A stretch of 64,000 nt of DNA from Blepharisma stoltei ATCC 30299 (Eukaryota > Protista > Ciliophora), in NCBI GenBank assembly GCA_965603825.1, contig CBFDEM010000035.1:716131-780130 (forward strand), written 5' to 3'. A model generated the notes under the pieces. The model had not been told where the DNA came from, ran no database searches, and saw only the letters and a list, made by a program, of their open reading frames with translations. The position numbers and the translations under genes are program-made. This document shows positions 24,918 through 38,256 of this stretch, piece after piece (the stretch's first letter is position 1; each line of letters starts with the position of its first letter).

Positions 24918-26213
24918 ATGTCCAGTGGAAGATGCTTCAAAGATGGTTGCACAAACCAGCTTTATGGGAAATGCGAATGCGAAGGAATTACCTTATTTTG
25001 CAAAGAGCACAGCTTTGAGCACTTAGAAAAACCAACTTCTAAAGGCCATCGATACCTAAAGCTATACTTTAAGCCAGCAGAAGAAATTAAGCAGCCAATT
25101 ATTGAAAAACTAATAGCACTCAAAGAAGATATCAAAAACTACAAAATTGAACTACTTATTAACGCAAATACAATCATTAAGAATTTTAATACTACGCTTG
25201 GAATATATATTGATCAGATTAATAAAGCAGAAGCAAGAATCAATAAAGTGCTTACAATTTTATATAGTGGAGATGAGGTTCTTGATATTGCTAAAGATGA
25301 TGATATGGAAAGCGTGCTTAAATTAAATGCTTCAGATGCCCGGTGTAAGATGAATGGATGAGATATAAAAGAGTGTTACCTAGACTATAAAGATATTAAT
25401 GCAGCAATTAGCAAAACTTATGAAAAACCTTTTAATCCTTTTATGTATGATATAGAAAATATGATCATATCAAGCGAACTCTCATTTTTTAGGCATAAAA
25501 CTTCAAATTTTGCAACTATAAATTTAGATACCTTCCAGATTTCTTCTACTGCAACTCTTCCAACTCAAGAACCAATTCATGGACACACTACAAGCTGTAT
25601 ACTTCCTGATTATACTTATTTCTATTGTTGCAATAACACTAGTTCAGGCTTAGTGTTTACTATTGACAAAAATAAAAATGTTAAATATCTCCAAAATTCA
25701 AAAGTAAATCATTATGCTCATCCTATCTTTTATAATAACTTCATCTATTTAATTGGAGGAAATAATAAATTGGCTGAAAGGTATGATTTTAAACGAAACG
25801 TGTGGGAAAGCATGGCTCCACTACCTCAAGGTTTGGATTTTACAATTGGTTGCAATGCTTTATATAGAGATTTGATTCTTATAACGAGCTATGATATTCA
25901 AAAAATTATAATTTATAGCATAACTCAAAACAACTACCAAGAAGTCCCCAATTTGGTGTTAAATGCGAGTTATAAATTTATGCTGAGAGGGAATAAAAGA
26001 GTTTATTTATTTGAGAAAGGGGGAAGGACTTTTGAAAGTGCTGAAAACAATGTTTTTAGTTGGACTCAAATAGGGACTAATAGCATTTATAGAGATTATA
26101 ATCAATCAAGTGCTGTTCGCTATAAGGGTTGCCTTTACTTCATTGTTTATCCAAATCGGCTGTGGAAATTCGATCTTAGTTCTAAGCAAGCATTTCAAGT
26201 AGCAACAGTCTAA
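24918..26213 (+). CDS. Zn-finger + coiled-coil + Kelch-like protein, copy C (UGA=Trp at 25359-25361)
   Basis: Same architecture as copies A and B; in frame across one TGA. Confidence 0.85.
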
Positions 26214-27374
26214 AATAAAAATTTAGAACTTTAATAACTCTCTATACTCTTAAACAAAATGGTAGCGCAGTTAATCTATTCTCACTATAGGTTTAGAATT
26301 TAGCTTACTTACTCCTAAAAAGCATAATATAAATAAAATTTTGGTATCATTTATAAATTTGCTTAGGCATGTCCTGAATTAGAAGACTAATGTTGCGCAG
26401 GGAAAGTGTCCATGAAGTCTATCAGCTCTTATATCAGCTAGGTTTTAACACCAGAAAATTTATGTCAAGTTTAGGGTATGACAAAGTTACCACTTTTCTC
26501 ATTACATAACGCCAAGCCTGAAGATGGCAGCAGGTAGCTGGTGGAGAAGAGCGGAGAAAATTACCTTCGGGGAATCACAGGAGCTTTTCAAATAATCTTA
26601 ATTAATTTTAATAGACCCTCTTCGCTACTACACTTAAAAACATAAACAAATAATCTTGCCTAACCTCGAAGTAGTCCAAATATTCAAGCTATCCCACTCG
26701 ATTATGATAACGAATTCAGACAATTCTGCAGCATGGTCATCTTCAAAAGGGTGTGAGATAGTAAGAAAATACATAATTAATAAATAGCAAGTACAAGCCT
26801 TTTTCTGATACATCTATAAATAATGTGAGGGAAAAGCACAATCATCAAAAATAGTTGATTGATTATCTCTATTTATTTAAATAAATATCCAATTTAAAAT
26901 TATTGACTAAAACAAATTGTTGTTGTTGTTAGCTAAACGAATAATCATTTCTCCCTTTATGCAATTCTAATATTTTTATTTAATTTACTCTAAAATAAAA
27001 ATAGCTAATTCTTCATTTCAGCTTCTCTTTTAATTTATAAAAATTATGATTTGAGTTAAAAAAACTCAAAAATCCACTTTTTATATGAAAATATTTATAT
27101 AATAAGAAGCCCTGATGGAAGTGCGTTTTTGTAGTCGTTGAGGTCTTTATTAAATTATTTAGTATTGTTGACATAAAGCCATTAATATTTCAGCAGTGTA
27201 TAATTTTATTTAGATTGATAACTCAAAGAAAATGACGCTTGCCTGCTTCACAATATATAAAAATAAGAAAATGAGCATTATTCGAGAAGTTTATAAATTT
27301 TGACTAAAAAATAAGGAATTAAGGCATCAAAATTAAATTTATATCCTCAATAAAAAGCCAATTTACCATATAAT

Positions 27375-28330
27375 TTATAAAAATCACCCAAAAACCAATA
27401 AATAATTAAGAATTATTATCAATAAAACCCCCCTGTTGCAGACTTCTAAAATATTCCTCCCAAAGCTTACAGCACCGTTATTCTCATCAGGCAATCTCCC
27501 ATACTCATAAACATTAATCATATAGTGCACAAAATCCCTCAGCCTATCCACTTTAATCGCCACCGCAATTTCGTCGTCAAGACTCACCATCAGGTCAGCG
27601 ATGCCACTTTGGAAATCCCAATTAGCTATACTTGTGACCATCATAATCCTCCTTATGTCATTTTTCGAAAATTTTGTATTAATCCATTTCGGATTTGCAA
27701 GCAGGGTAGAAGGGGAATTTAAAGGCTTGCTCGTGTAAATTATTTTGAAGTCTCCTCCTTCTAAGGCTTCTATAATAGATAAAGCAGGCCTATGATGAGG
27801 CTTTATGAAATCATACTTTGCCTGGGCAAAAGATACGAAATAATTTGTATTTAAAAATCTAATGTAGAGGCTTGAGCCAAAGGTGCGACTAGATCCTTTG
27901 TCAGAGCCGAATTGTCTTTTACAAGGGAGGTGCTCCTCAGTGCAGTCTATTACTTGCGTGTCCTCATACTTATATAAAAAATATAAATGCACGTTTTCAA
28001 TTATGAATGGGCTTCAGTTCTTTTCGACGCACCAGGTCTTTCCAATGTGTTCTTGTAGTTCTAGCTTTCTATGGGCTGCTGTTGAAAACCTATAAAGGTT
28101 TATCTGCCGGCTGAAATTTGGCTGGCCTTCCATTAAGGTGGTAAATAAAAAAAACTTCGTCTGACAAAGCTCGAAAAAGGCGAGGATCCTCAGGGACAGA
28201 GAGCAGAAAATGATAGATCTTGAATATGGTTTGAGATTAAATATCGCAGAGAATTATTATAATTTTGATACCGCTCAACAATCCCATTAGTGTTAAATGA
28301 GTTTGACCCCGCTGTGGGACTGTATCATGA
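27375..28330 (-). pseudogene. Beta-mannosyltransferase (GT91/DUF3589)-like or related glyco-enzyme; frameshifted, 5' end unclear
   Basis: PEDPRLF and EKN[TGA=W]SPF motifs; 1-nt frameshift in the A-run at ~28147-28154. Confidence 0.5.
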
Positions 28331-29463
28331 CGATCTTGATGATCAACTTATTATTCTTGAAAAATTAAAGCATCTGAAAATTCACATGAAGAATTAATCA
28401 ATAATTTATTTGAAGAATCAAAATTTGAACAAAAATGATTGCTTTTAAGAGGTATGAGATGAATAAATTAAAAAGTGATACCATCAATAGCCAAGTGAAA
28501 AATATTAAAGAAGTGCAAGATGTGTTGTATAAGAAAATCAAAGATCACTGTGATTCAATAGCAGGATAAAATAAAAGCTTAATAAAACGAAAGAAAAATA
28601 AAAATCATTCAATACTTAAGCATAAATTCTCTTATAAATGCAGCAGAAAATATCTTCAAGGGTTATCATTCTTTAAAACAATAACAATCCCAAACCAAAA
28701 CAAATTTAAATAGCCGCCTTAAGATCTTTAAATTATGCTATAATTTAATATTAAGAATCACGTAAGTGGCTAGATTACGCATTTTTATTTAAAACATTTA
28801 TAAAAAGTGAGCAAATTTTGCTAAATTTTTTAATTTTAACTAAATTTATTAATAGCTTGTTCTTATGTATTATATAATAAACGAGAATTTGAATAAATGC
28901 GCTTTGGCAGGTAACCAGCATATATAAATAAGATGAATTAGGATTCAGATAACCAAAATTGTCCAGTTAATAAACCTATAAAATAATCAAGCTGATAAGA
29001 AATAAAATATATATTGGAAATTTTGCTTTCATAAAATAAACTTTAAGTTACCATTAAGTATTGGTATTAATTTTAGAAATTTTATATAACAATATGCAAT
29101 TCTTGAGGCTAGAAAATCGTCTTGCATTTTGAATTAGGTTTGCGTAAGCTGGAATTTTAAGCATATAACGTTGAAGGGCTCTGACCCAGCTATAGCTGTC
29201 TGCAAAAATATTATTTTCAACTCACCAACTCAACTTATTTTTACTGAAAAGCTTCAGCAGCACAATGACAGCTTGGATTTTCGTCCTTTTTCATTCGATT
29301 TTTATCAATTTTGGCCTAATATGAGTACTCCTTATCGCATTAATATCTCAGAGGTGACTATATTATTTCTTTATCAGGGTCAACTATTGCAACTTCAAGT
29401 AAATTTTTGTAGCATAAATTAAAAAATTAATAAATTTTTCATACAAAAATTAAGGAAGATTAG

Positions 29464-32400
29464 TTAAGACTTAATGGCTTCATTGCTTGGGCAAGCTTGT
29501 ATGAGAAAGTATCTAACAATCATGTAAATGGTTTCCATAATAAAGATCTCAATCAAAATTTCCCACAAGAAGCTGACAGCCCAATACCCACTCCACTCGT
29601 GGCAGAAGTCATAGCTCAGCATAGCAACCCCTACAATGGACCCAATCAGTACCGCCAGACCCACAATAACTCCAATGCTGGCCAGATTGGCGCTTTCTTT
29701 CTATTAATGCTAAATGTAACTATCATAATACTTCAACAGGAATCGTGATCGCCAAAGCCAAAATCATATACCCAAAGTATTTTCCTTCATAATTATCAAA
29801 CAGCGTCTGAGTTGCAGTTTCGCTTCCTGAGTTAATGTCTTCTGAACCATAATACAATAAGCCTTCTAATAATACCTCAAAGACGATAGCAACGATTAAG
29901 GTGAATACTCTTGCGACTCTTGAGAAAATAGGTCTGTGATAGATAAGTCCAAATACCAAGTGTCCTTCAATTAATTCTTGCAGCTCATATTTGATTTCAG
30001 GGTTGGTTTTTCAATAGATGCTTCGATTTGTTCGACAACAGAATTTTCAGTGAGATCGATATCTTTGGACTAAATACCTTCTTCGTCTGAGCTCTCAAAA
30101 TAGTCATCTTCAATGGATTCTTCACCTCGAGATGCATGAACACTTATGTCAGGACGCATGAGTCCTCTTAGAGTTGGTCTAGGAGAATGAGATGCTGGGG
30201 TCCTAGGAGGTGCATTCTTAGGGGCTTGAGTAGATGCAGAAGGACTAATTTGTCTATTATAGCCATCGTTGGAGCTAATAGCAAGCCAATAAATAGAACT
30301 ACCACAAGGATGTAGAGAGGAGCATAATTATCGTTACATGAGTTCTCTGGTATTGGAACATAAGACGGTGAGTTGACACTAGGATTCACCTCAGCAAGCT
30401 TGCACATTGAGAAGTGGTATACATTAAATGTGACGTTTGAGGTGGAATTGTTGATACTTACTATCTTGCAGTTCGACTCAGTCCAATTAGAGCTTGTCTC
30501 ATTGTAATACACACAGCCCCAGACCATGCCTTCACCAATGTTTTTGCTATAAGGCAGATCAATAAGGAATGGTTAATCTGAGAATGGGACATAAGTTTCA
30601 GCTGTTTGAATAATTGAATAATCCTTATATGTTCCTGAGTTTGCAAGACTAAAGATTGCAATAGCTGAAAAGTCATCAATAAACCCATGATAGAAATTAG
30701 CTCTCATATTCCATATATTTGTATTAGAAATCCAAAGTGCCTGGATAAGTAAGACTTGCAACTTCAGAATAGTAACGAGTAGTATTTTGCATATCTTCTG
30801 GGAAGTTTCTGTCTTTATAAATATAAGTTTTAGCGGTGTTTACAGCATTATTAATTGATGACTGGGTAACTAAGTCATTCGTGGTAGCTGCAATTGCCCA
30901 GGTTGTATAAAAGTTATTCACATAGAGAACGTACTTTTCAAAGCTTTGCTCAGAGAAGGTAGTATTGATGCCATAATTCAAATAGCTTTCACCTATTTCC
31001 ACTATAGCGTCTAAATTATCTGCAGTTGGTACTAAGGATGAGTAGGTCGTCAAAAATTTATCTACCCACACAATGAACTCTTCGAAGACATCGAGGGTCA
31101 TTAATCCTCTTTGGGTTGACAAAGAATAAACTGCGCCTAAAACACTGCCCAAAAGGGTATTTGTTATAGTAGTTTGACTAGAGACATAGGATTTCAGATC
31201 ACTCCAAATTGTGGCGAACAGTGAACTGTCAATTGAAGTGCTGCTGCAGAACAAAGTAATGGTTTATGATATGTTGTCTGGATCAAGAGTCAGCGTTGAA
31301 TAAGAAGTTCTTAAAGCATCTGACTGCAATCGTCTGCTGCTTTTGTAATTGCTGACAGATATAGATGATTTTATCGTATAGTCCATACAAGCATTGAGCT
31401 GGTTGCAAACACGTGCTAAAATAGTGATGGTGCCTGCAGGCAGGTAATAGGAAATTTGGGACTGTTCTGAAGTCGATCCAATAATCCTGTATAGTGGTTG
31501 CCCGATGATGGCGCATTGAGCGCCATCATCGGGCAACCTCTATATGTTGCTCCACTATCCGAGAATATTCAAAGGTGTATAGAATTGGATAATCCTCACC
31601 ATCACGGTCATAACAATTAGAAATTGATATTGAAAATGAAGTTGTCAAAGCTGTTTCTGAACTTGGATTAACTGAAGGGACTGTGTCTGAGCAAGCTGCT
31701 CCTAAGTTAACATTCAAAAGGCTAAGTCGACGCTAAAGCTTGACCTTCCAGATGTAATAGTCAAAGAAAATACATATGAAATATCTTCAGCAAGTGAGTT
31801 TGCATTCAAGGAAAGATAGGAAAGGTTATTTGGCGATATTTTTATTTTAGTTCCAGATGATTGAGACCATAGGATTGAGGTTCCATCGCCTCCAGAGACA
31901 CTGGCTGAGAATCTATTTAACATTTGATATTTAGCTTTTACGCTAATTGTTCGAATTGCAATAGTGATAGTTGCTGAAATATCTATGATATTGAGAGTTA
32001 TTGTATAGCTTGCTTTTCTTGAATCTTTAGAAATTGTGCAAGTTAAATCCCATTGATTTGCAACTAAACTTGCTTTAGGAATTGTCGAGGCGCTACTGCT
32101 TTGGCTTGAAAGGTGGAGCAAGCTGTTCCATCTAAATGATTGCTGCAGGTCCATGCATAGGCTAGGCCATCTGCTGAATTAGTATCTGGGTCTTTAGAAT
32201 TGCTTGCATCTATAGTAAAATCTATGTTTTTATTGACGTCTCCACTACCTTTGGATAGCTGAATAACAAGAGGTGATAAAGCCACTGTAATAGATACGCT
32301 GGCGCTTCCAGTTATTGGGGAACTATTAGTATTCTGAGTAGCTGTTGCAGTGAAAACATATGGACCTCCTGAAGCAAGCAAATTGCTTGAAATAGACAGT

Positions 32401-33855
32401 TTTTGTGTAGTTGTCGAAGAAGCAAGATTAGTGGCTGCAATACTGGATGGACCTGATGTGCAAGCCCATTGCCAAGATATTGACGTTGCCAGAGTTTCCA
32501 TAAATGGCTGCGACCAATGCTTTTACGGTCTTTGATTCTGAAGATTTCATAGAAATAGTGTTTCAAGAGTCAAATGAAACAATTAAAGTTTCTTGAGGAG
32601 AAGCTGTTGTTGTCATAGATGCAGAACTAGTGAGCATAAAGGTATTTGTAATTTGAACATTCACAGTTAAGGATGTCAAAGAGGATAAACTTGATTTAGG
32701 GATCGAATAGAGAACCCTGTTGCCTGTGAACTCAAATCTATCGGTATGGAGCTCCATTTGTATGTCAAAGAGGCTCCATAGTTGCCAGTCGACTTATCAG
32801 CAGAGTAAGCAACTGCATCATTATTGCATCCAAGTGAAGCAGTCTGTGGTCCTGATATCACGGCGACTGGACTTGGACTTGTTGCCATTTTAATTGATAC
32901 GCTTAGCGGCTGGTAATTAATGATGCATGGATCTTCAGTGTCTTTAAGGAGCCAAGTGCCGTCTAGATTAATTGCAGAATCTCTGAGGCTAAATTGGGTA
33001 CCCAAAGCAATTTTGAGAGTCTTAGCGCCAGATCAAGAACACACCGAGCCAGCTCCCAATCAATTGAAGTGTGTCATATGTCAAAACCTTGCTGCATGAA
33101 GGATCAACTGTTGTATCTATTGGTATTTAAATGATATTAAGACATATACATATAGTGAGCTGTATGATGCTGAAACAACATCTGTAGAAGCTAAATACTT
33201 TTTGCAGACCACACATTTGCTATCTGATAAGGTGTATCCAGAGTTGGAGAGACAGCTTTTAAGGCTGAATCATATCAAGCATTCGATGGGCAAGAGCAAG
33301 TAATTCAGATAGCTCTGCATTTGTAATACATGCAGTGCAGTTTTGCCCATTAGAAGTAGAGAGAGAAGTGCAAATATTATTGCAAATTGCGATACAGTTA
33401 TTGCTCGAATCTAATGAGAAGCCACTCTTGCAAGAGCATAGACCATTTGAGCTTACTTCGGCATTGGAATTGCAAGTTAAACAATTTGTTAGAGAGCTGC
33501 AAGCTGCACAAGATGATGGACATTGAGAGCACGCCCCGTTTACTGGAGTATAACCACTATTAAATTGGCATGAACTGGTTGCAGAATTAAAGCTAGCATT
33601 TGCAACACAGCTAGTACATACACTTGCTGAAGTACAATTAGCACATTGATTTGTGCAAGCATTACAAGTTGTTGAATATAAATAGTATAAATAATTGTGC
33701 ATTGATGGCAAAAATTAAAGGACAAATAATACCCGTCAACACATGAAGTACAATTTTTAGCAGTAGAGTAAAGCAAGAGCATGGTGAAGTGCAGGTAGGA
33801 CTAACGCAGGCAGATTTGCTTAAAACATAGCCATCAGCACATGTAGTACATGTTG
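29464..33855 (-). pseudogene. Large surface protein relic: Cys-rich furin/EGF-like repeats + REJ/PKD-like + GPS + multi-TM
   Basis: CxxC repeats, REJ-like IDASNSKDPD..YAWTC, GPS motif GCVYYNETSSNWTESNC..YHFS, and C-terminal TM segments; many frameshifts; 5' end missing. Confidence 0.8.
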
Positions 33856-35580
33856 TAGCGGATCCAGAGCATTTGCTGCCTCTTTATAATTTCATTTAGT
33901 TTGTTATTTTCTTCTATGTCTATACTCTCTATTGATTTTTGATAATTTTCGATTTCTCTATTTTTTGCGTTTATTTTTTCTTCATACCCAGTTTTTATTT
34001 CTTCTATTTCTGCAGCCAAGCCAGCTATTTGTCTATTCAAGCTATCAATCTCAATTTTATACCTCAAAGCCTCTTCTTGATATTGATTTCTGCTTCCATT
34101 GCTTGCACTTAATTTTCTTTCCAAATCTCTTACAAGGTCTTCATATTCTTTTTTTCATCATTAAGCTTGGCTAATCTTTGTAATAGCTGCTCATTTAAAG
34201 ATTTTTCTCTGTTTTTCAATTCTGCTTCTAATTTTGTTTTTTCTTCTGACAACTGTCCTAGCCCTTGATTCAAAAATTTAATAGCTTCTTCATCTGCTTT
34301 TCAATTGTTTTCTAGCTTCGCGTACTGCTTCTCTTGCTCATAAATCAATTTTTCATAATTTTTTTTTATTGCAATTTTCTCTTAATTTAATTTTTTAATT
34401 GAATCTTTGTCAGCTATTGCTTTTTGATTTAAAAAAATATTGTTGTTTTGTCTTCGTCTATCTTTTTTGCTAAGTCTTCAATTTGGGCTTTGAGATCCTC
34501 TATAATTGCATTATATTTCTGGTCTAAATCTTCAGTTTTAGTTTCTTGTGATTTTTGCAGTTCATTTTTTATTTCAAAATCTTCATTGGGCTGCTCAGCT
34601 ATAACAGCTTCTCCTTCAACTCCTGAAGGCTTCATAAAATTATGATTTTTTGGTTTTTTCCTTTTGTCTTTCAGCGACGTCCTTTTTGGGGCTTCTGATG
34701 ACAAAATCTCATATTCTTCTTCAAAATCGTTAGGGATAAATTGGCTTAAATTTGCAATATTGCCTGATTTTTGGCTTTTTGGATGATGGTATTTAAATCA
34801 TTTGCAAACTCTGCAGGTTTGGTAAATTCTTTAGAAGAAAGTGACAATAAGTGGCTATATGCATATTGCCAATATTTTTCGATTAAAAAATTTCTTTGTG
34901 ATGCATCAGAATTGGCGTTTTTGGCTATAGCGTCCACTATGGATTTAAGCAGGTCTTGCTTATTGGCAGTTTCTATTGGCAGTTTCTATTGCATTTGTAT
35001 TGAGCAGTAGCCAAATGAATTATTCTTTTGATAAATTCATGGCTCTTTTTTAGGGCTTGACGATGGCTCGATTTCGAATTTTTCGTCTGATTCTTTTCCA
35101 AAAGTAGCTGCCCTTGTCATTTTGGCTGGAGAAGCAGACTGTTTAAGTAGCAATTAATAATAAATGTTTTTTGTTAAAAAGTTTTCCTCTATAGCTTGGG
35201 CTCCGGGATTTCTATATTTATTTAAGGCTTCTATTAGTGCAGTAGTCATAGTTTGGCTATTTGCAATTTCAAAATGGCTTTCATCAAGCCCAAGCTTTTG
35301 TAATTCCTTATTATAGGATACTCTGAAATTCAAGAATCCTGATTTTCGTCAATCCTAATTCCTGCTGAGTTTTGAGAAGTTGTGTTACAATCATTGGATT
35401 TTCATTTCCTCCGAATTCATCAACAGAAGAGCTTGGGCTAGTATTAGCTCTATTTCCTGACTGAATATTTGATTTTTTTGGGCTGAAGAAATTGAATTTT
35501 ATTTCATTATTTCCTTTCCTCTCCTCATTGCTTTCTTGAAACAATTCATCGGTAATGTCTGAAGATTTCTTATCAGCCAT
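33856..35580 (-). pseudogene. Coiled-coil gene relic
   Basis: E/K/Q-rich heptad fragments in shifting frames with internal stops; 3' end fused to the Cys-rich relic. Confidence 0.6.
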
Positions 35581-37200
35581 TTTACAATTATATCAGCTTT
35601 TTTGCTCATATTATTCTCTTTATTTTCTTCCAGCTCTTTACGTCTCTTTTTAATGGACTCTTCTCTTCTTCTTTTAAACTCAGCAGTATTGTCTTTTATG
35701 AGGGAAAAATTCTGCACGACCCCTCACATCATTTCATGCTTCATCCGTCGCTCTTCTTCTTGCATTTTGAGGGCTTCTTTCATCTTGGCTTCTCTTTTCT
35801 GGGCAAGCTTGTATTCAATCATAGCCTTGGTTTTTTCAATTTTACTAGGGATTATTTTGGGTTTGTTTAGGATTGATAAGGATTTAGATCTTTTTGCCTT
35901 GGAAGGCTGGCCCCATTTTTATTGGCGTCAGCTTCTTTGTCAAGGAGTTTGAGGTAGTTGAAAGAAGACTGGTTTCGTTGAACGCAAAATGCTCAGGCTT
36001 TGTAGGGTTGAAAGACTGCTTGCAGGCGTCTAAGGTGCTTTGGAAATCAGCTTGGAGTCTGCGGAAGTCTGGGACTGCTTTGGCTTTGAACTTTTTAGTT
36101 TTCGGCTTTGGTTTAGGAATTTTTGAAGCTTTTTGCAGCTGTCTGTAGTATAATTCCATTCTGGGAGGCATCATGGCTAGGTTTAATGACTCGATTGCAG
36201 CTTTGCCGATTCTTTCTTTTCTAGCCAGTTCTCTTTCGCTTACAATTTTATCATACAGTGGGACCTTGTAGTCCATGACACTGGATTCGCTGTAAAAACG
36301 TGTTTTGGCATTTCCGCTGGCTCTGCCTTTGTTTTAGCCAAATCCCTATAATAAAAACTAAACCGCTTTTCATTTGCTTTTGTAATTGCAATTGAATTTT
36401 GCTTTACCTGCGTTCTCTTGTTCTTTCATAATCGTTCATAAAGCGGGATTTTTACTTCAGGAGGCACTGGTGTCGCTTTATAGATTTTATGGATTCTTTG
36501 ATTTCTTTTTCTTTTCGCTCAAGCATCTCTTTTGGCCTTCTTTCCTTTATAGACATTCCTTTTCTTTTTTCTCTTCTGTCAAATTTAAAAGGTTCAGGAA
36601 CCGTTATTGCGTATTTTGTTGCTTTAGGCTTGGCTTGATTTTTTGATTTTTAGCTTGCAGCCTTCAATAATCCTGCTCATATCGTCAGTTCTCTGTTTGT
36701 TCTGCTCCATAAAGGAATCATTAGTCGCACTTGACTGGGTCTCTGCTTTTGAATGAATCGGTTCAGCAAGTTGCTCTTGGAAACTTGGTAAAACAGCAGG
36801 AACTCGTCCATATTAATTCATTCTTCAGTCCCAATATTTTCCACTTGTTCCTCAATTTCCTTTTCTTTACTATTTTCATCAAACCCAAAAACTTCAGCCA
36901 AAAGAGGATTTTTCTTGAGCTCAGCTATAAAAACGCCTTTTTCCAGTCTCGAAGCTGTTTTTCGAGTCAGCCTTAAAAACTCTTCTTTTAGGAACTTTAT
37001 TATATCAGGTATTTCATTTTCTCTATTTGGGCTTGCAGCTTGGTTTTTAAAAAATCCTCGAATTTTTGTTCATAAATAATTTTTTGAGGTGCCACACAGC
37101 CAATTTTTTAGTCAGGGTGCCGAAACATGAAGCCAAAGTCTAAGTCTGGCGATGGGTTGACGCATCGGCCATAAGTTAGAAATTCAAACCCGGCGGACAT
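35500..37200 (-). pseudogene. FAM161/UPF0564-like gene relic
   Basis: ITVPEPFKF, KVPLYDKI and FKAKAVPDFRRLQ..F..PTKPEHFAF motifs; frameshifts. Confidence 0.7.
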
Positions 37201-37527
37201 ATTTTTATAGTGCAAGAATAAAATTTAAAGGAAAGGCTGTAGAGATTTGGTTAATTTGTATGTAATTCTTATAAATAATGGCAATATTTATTAATTCTAG
37301 CTCGGAAGATATGCCCATTATACAGTGTGGGTGAAAATATACGTTAACTTAAAGATAATAAGTAAGAAGCAATCAAAGCAATTGAAGCTCAGATTCTTGA
37401 TCCTCAATCTCTTTTGGAAGATTTTTAAGAATTTAGTTATTTGGGGATAATTTTTAATATTTCAAATAGATAATTTTGATATATTCTATTTTTAATTCAA
37501 TTATATTAATATGAAGGAAATAGTAAA

Positions 37528-38255
37528 TTAAGCTGATAAGTTCTTTCTGATCTTTTCGACGACCAAAGCTTGATCAGATCGGATAGAGTTTAGAATGAAC
37601 TTAGGTATTGATCCTTTAAAGTCAATATTTATCATGTAAACCATATGCGCTACTCTAGGAGATACTGGCATTAGCATAAAACAGCCTAAATAAAGATGAG
37701 CTCTTACAAAATTGGTTTCTGGGCAGTTCGGATGGGTTGTTGACATTGCAATGGCAACTATTTTGCCGCCTTCTAAGTTAACCTTCTTTGAATAAAGCAT
37801 AGATCTCGAGATGATACTGGGCCAGTTTGTTTATATTTTTGTTATGCAATTTCCATTTCATCATTTAATATGCCAATGATGTAGCCTGATTCAAAAATGT
37901 CATCATATTCTACTTTGCGGTTGATATCTTTAATATATTTCATTATTTCAATGGCTGGCCTATTCATATCTCCTTCAACTCTTACAATGTAAAGGTCACC
38001 TGCAGCTTTTCTTCTTGAAGCTTTAACAGTTTTGACTTTTAATTTTATTTCTTCCCAGCCTTCACTATCAGCTGCTAGTTTTTCTGCTTCTAACATAGCT
38101 TTGACAGCTTCATTACTTAGCTGTAAAATCATTTTTTTTTCTCATCTGGGATAGGCTGAGTAATTGCAAGTCCTGGCCGATCGTCAATTTTAGTTTCTTC
38201 TTCCTCATCAGAACCTGAGAAGAATACCATTTCGGCAAGTTCATATCCTAAAATG
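37528..38255 (-). pseudogene. START-domain lipid-binding gene relic
   Basis: GWEEI, RKVEYD, PVSSRD, HPNCPE..FVRA and IDFKGSIPKFILN; in-frame TAA at 37842-37844 plus frameshifts. Confidence 0.85.
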
Positions 38256-38256
38256 A

